Assembly (NCBI GenBank): GCA_051117555.1
Contig: JBNPEG010000253.1
Location: 1-26,030, forward strand
DNA length: 26,030 bases
From: Elainellaceae cyanobacterium
GTDB lineage: Bacteria; Cyanobacteriota; Cyanobacteriia; CAZCXK01
Direction of reading: 5' to 3'
The position numbers and the translations under genes are program-made. Shown piece by piece: positions 25,048 to 26,030 of the stretch (its first letter is position 1; each line of letters opens with the position of its first letter). The notes beneath the pieces are model-generated. The model was not told where the DNA came from. It saw nothing but the letters and a program-made list of their open reading frames with translations, and did no database searches.

Positions 25048-25806
25048 TCATGCCCCAACCGGTTTGGCTTGAGCATCATCTCGGGGAGAGAATCGCCCTA
25101 GAACGCTATAGCTTGCCAAGCCGATATATTCTCTGAATACTAGAAATCCCTGCTTGTGATGACTGAGCCGGTTAGATAGAGGACTGATATGGGGAATCAC
25201 GTCAAACCCGTAGCTATGAAAGGTCAGCAGCGATCGCAACATGTGAGGAGGGTCAGTCACCAAGATGATGCGATGAATGCCCTTGGGTTTCAGCAAAGCC
25301 GCAGTGAATTGAGCATTTTCCTCTGTGGTTCGGGAGCAGGGCTCTCCATCGACCGCATCGTGAGGAAGTCCTTTTCGTTCGAGCTGCTGTATCATCGGCG
25401 GAGCATCTCCCCACCCGCTCACAAACACTTGGGGCGCTCGTTCGTCTTGCCAAAGTTGAGCCGCCACATCAACTCGTCCAGTTCGCAATTCTGACCCTCG
25501 CCCTAGCACGACGATCGCATCTGCCGTAGCACCCGAATCTGACGGCAGAAAACTCGTCAACACATGACTGCCGAGTGAGATTCCGAGGGGCGATCCGATG
25601 AGGAGATATCCTACGAGAAAGAAGACGCCGATTCCGCTGAGCCAGCGATGCCGATAGAGCGGACGAACCAGCAGCGGCATGATTATCAATAGCACAATGG
25701 GCGGCAACATCCATGCCGGATTGGTCAGCCAGCCAAACACCGTCCAGGAGAGATTTGCCCAACCACTCGCTGCTGTACTTTGACACGAAGATAGATCGAG
25801 CATCAT
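25048..25806 (-). CDS. YdcF/DUF218 (ElyC-like) membrane-anchored protein
   Basis: Two N-terminal TMs; ADAIVVLG, VSG, EPCSRTTEENA, ILVTDPPHMLRS and REY motifs. Confidence 0.9.
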   Translation of the reverse strand: MMLDLSSCQSTAASGWANLSWTVFGWLTNPAWMLPPIVLLIIMPLLVRPLYRHRWLSGIGVFFLVGYLLIGSPLGISLGSHVLTSFLPSDSGATADAIVVLGRGSELRTGRVDVAAQLWQDERAPQVFVSGWGDAPPMIQQLERKGLPHDAVDGEPCSRTTEENAQFTAALLKPKGIHRIILVTDPPHMLRSLLTFHSYGFDVIPHISPLSNRLSHHKQGFLVFREYIGLASYSVLGRFSPRDDAQAKPVGA

Positions 25807-25905
25807 GATTGATTCAAAGAAAAACTAGGTATAGCCCTACGGGCTTAGGTTTGTGGGGTGAGCCCCCGCGGCGCGGGAGCGTACGACTATATTGAACTGA
25901 GTTGC

Positions 25906-26030
25906 TAAGTAGGTGGGACTAATTAAATATGAGACCTGTGTAGATACTGTTTAGGCCACTGTAGGTCAAGTGTTGTGTGGGACTAATTTAGCCGAGTCAA
26001 ATTTTTCCCCTGAAGACAAGACACCGTATA
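25906..26030 (+). mobile_element. Possible left end of an IS/MITE continuing beyond the window
   Basis: TAAGTAGGTGGGACTAATTAAAT terminus-like string; GTGGGACTAATT repeated at 25913-25924 and 25977-25988. Confidence 0.35.

Noticed and set aside
2989..25786. Numerous 60-135-aa ORFs nested in or antisense to the long genes
   Set aside because: Shadow ORFs of well-supported CDSs with no independent motifs

Overview
Cyanobacterial chromosomal DNA, judged by the very frequent HIP1 octamer GCGATCGC and by cyanobacteria-typical families (DUF2808, GvpV-like); probably a filamentous strain. Left to right: an AT-rich, HIP1-free patch with a 2-TM hypothetical gene and a stand-alone IS1595-type Zn-ribbon/HTH protein lacking a DDE domain; a 1.1-kb intergenic region full of small repeats (84-bp HIP1-bounded tandem repeat, nested SDR-like micro-elements); NemR-like TetR + SDR; DUF5996; a large secreted alpha/beta hydrolase; a P2-type cation ATPase divergent from mgtC; an orphan gvpV-like gene; an RCK-gated K+-channel-like protein; DUF2808; a truncated MNT; a YbhGFSR-like ABC exporter with divergent TetR; two small proteins; a 362-aa protein whose Cys/His/Cys motif order suggests a remote LCIB/theta-type carbonic anhydrase fold; an SGNH esterase with two CBM-like repeats and an upstream NtcA box; a YdcF/DUF218 gene; and a possible IS/MITE end at the right edge. 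The best leads are the LCIB-like protein and the possible domesticated-transposase regulator + membrane-protein cassette. All family assignments come from reading motifs by eye; no searches were run.
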